Source of the DNA: Pristiophorus japonicus
Taxonomy: Eukaryota
Length of the DNA: 64,000 bases
Reading direction: 5' to 3'
Assembly (NCBI RefSeq): GCF_044704955.1
Contig: NC_091991.1
Coordinates: 33,356,001-33,420,000, forward strand
Positions 62,546-64,000 of the stretch are shown one piece after another; positions within the stretch are counted from its first letter, which is position 1, and each line of letters begins with the position of its first letter. The notes below the pieces were generated by a model. The model was not told where the DNA came from and did not search any database. It saw only the letters and a program-made list of their open reading frames with translations. The translations under genes were made by a program, and so were the position numbers.

Positions 62546-63008
62546 TTACAAGCAGGGTACTATTGTTTTCCCCCAACATTAAAGTCACTTTTGTCATCTC
62601 TACCACTAAGCTTAGTGGCTAGATGCACTGTGTGGTGTGCCACTTAGCACTAGGGCTCAGGTTCAATCTCTGGTTCTTGCTCAGTTAGGCAATTTCAGCC
62701 AGGATGCAAGTAGGGTTGCTTTAATTGGTCTCAGCATCCCTGGGATAGAGAGGATAAAATAATCCAACTCTTAATTGTTGTTTGGTACTTCCTGCCAGAA
62801 TTGCATGTGTGGATGCTGAATGAATACAACATTGGACTTGGCCATAATGAGAAACATTTTTGTATACATCAGCCATGATCTAATAGAATGGTGGAACTGA
62901 ACTGAATTGACAGACTGAATAGCCTATCCCTGTTCATGCGTTCCTAGTGGATTGTGAGGCTATGCATTGCACTACCAAAGACCATATCAACATTTAAGAA
63001 TAGGTTCA

Positions 63009-64000
63009 TTAGAACATAAGAAATAGGAGCAGGAGTGGCTCATTTGGTCCCTCAAGCCTGCTCTGCCATTTAATAAGATCATGGCTGATCTAATCTTGGG
63101 CTCAGCTCCACTTCCCTGCTCGCTCCCCACAACCTTGAGCAGTATGTAACGGAACCAATCAGGGAGGCAGGCTATCTTGGATCTGGTCCTATGTAATGAG
63201 ACAAGATTAATAAACAATCTCCTAGTATTCTTATGTTATAAAGGATCCCCTTAGAATGAGTGATCATAGCATGGTTGCATTTCAAATTCAGATGGAGGGT
63301 GAGAAAGTTGGATCTCAAACCAGCGTACTAAGCTTAAATAATTCAGTCAGACAGAGTCAGCATGGATTTATGAAGGGGAAGTCATGTTTGACAAATTTGC
63401 TGGAATTCTTTGAGGACGTAATGAACAGGGTGGATAAAGGGAGACCAGTGGATGTGGTGTATTTGGATTTCCAGAAGGCATTTGACAAGGTGCCACATAA
63501 AAGGTTACTGCACAAGGTAAAAGTTCACTGGGTTGGGGGTAATATATTAGAATGGATAGAAGATTGGCTAACTAACAGAAAACAGTGAGTTGGGATAAAT
63601 GGTTCATTCTCGGGTTGGCAATCAGTAACTAGTGGGGTGTTGCAGGGATCAGTGCTGGAGCCCCAACTATTTACAATCTATATTAATGATTTGGAAGAAG
63701 GGACCAAGTGTAACGTAGCCAAGTTTGCTGACAATACAAAGATGGGAGGAAAAGCAATGTTGCAAAGTGTGATTATGCACTTTGGCAGAAAAAATCGAAG
63801 TGCAAGTTATTATTTAAATGAAGATAAATTGCAAAGTGCTGCAGTACAGCAGGGGTCCTGGTGCATGAAACGCAAAAGGTTAGTATGCTGGTACAGCAAG
63901 TGATCAGGAAGTCCAATGGAATCTTGGCCTTTATTGCAAAGGGGATGGAGTATAAAGGCAGGGAAGTCTTGCTACAGTTATACAGGATATTGGTGAGGCC
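63009..64000. mobile_element. CR1 pieces: 3' end on minus (63009-63135), then internally deleted ORF2 on plus to the window end
   Basis: SDHSMVAF joined directly to QHGFMKGKSCLTNL; LDFQKAFDKVPH; QGSVL. Confidence 0.88.

Overview
Eukaryotic vertebrate DNA, most likely from a cartilaginous fish (inferred from the shark-type CR1/HER1 LINEs with (TTCTATGT)n tails, Deu-domain SINEs and Penelope ends). It is repeat-rich and has one ~200-N gap. Three host genes can be built exon by exon with GT-AG junctions: LLPH (minus, 121 aa, complete), TMBIM4/GAAP (minus, 7 exons, 234 aa, complete) and the first two coding exons of HELB (plus). Most long ORFs in the track are transposon-derived: CR1 LINEs (two copies keep an open 548-aa RT portion), a decayed PIF/Harbinger transposon holding nested insertions, Harbinger-type MITEs, a gag-less Gypsy LTR element, and L2, Penelope and SINE fragments. 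I found no convincing new biological system. The best leads are: IRAK3 is missing between TMBIM4 and HELB; a consensus ISRE lies just before the HELB start; a 10.2-kb nested insertion sits directly behind the LLPH poly(A) signal; a CR1 5'UTR is built from TATA-bearing monomers; and a MITE family has different promoter/minisatellite cores between shared arms.
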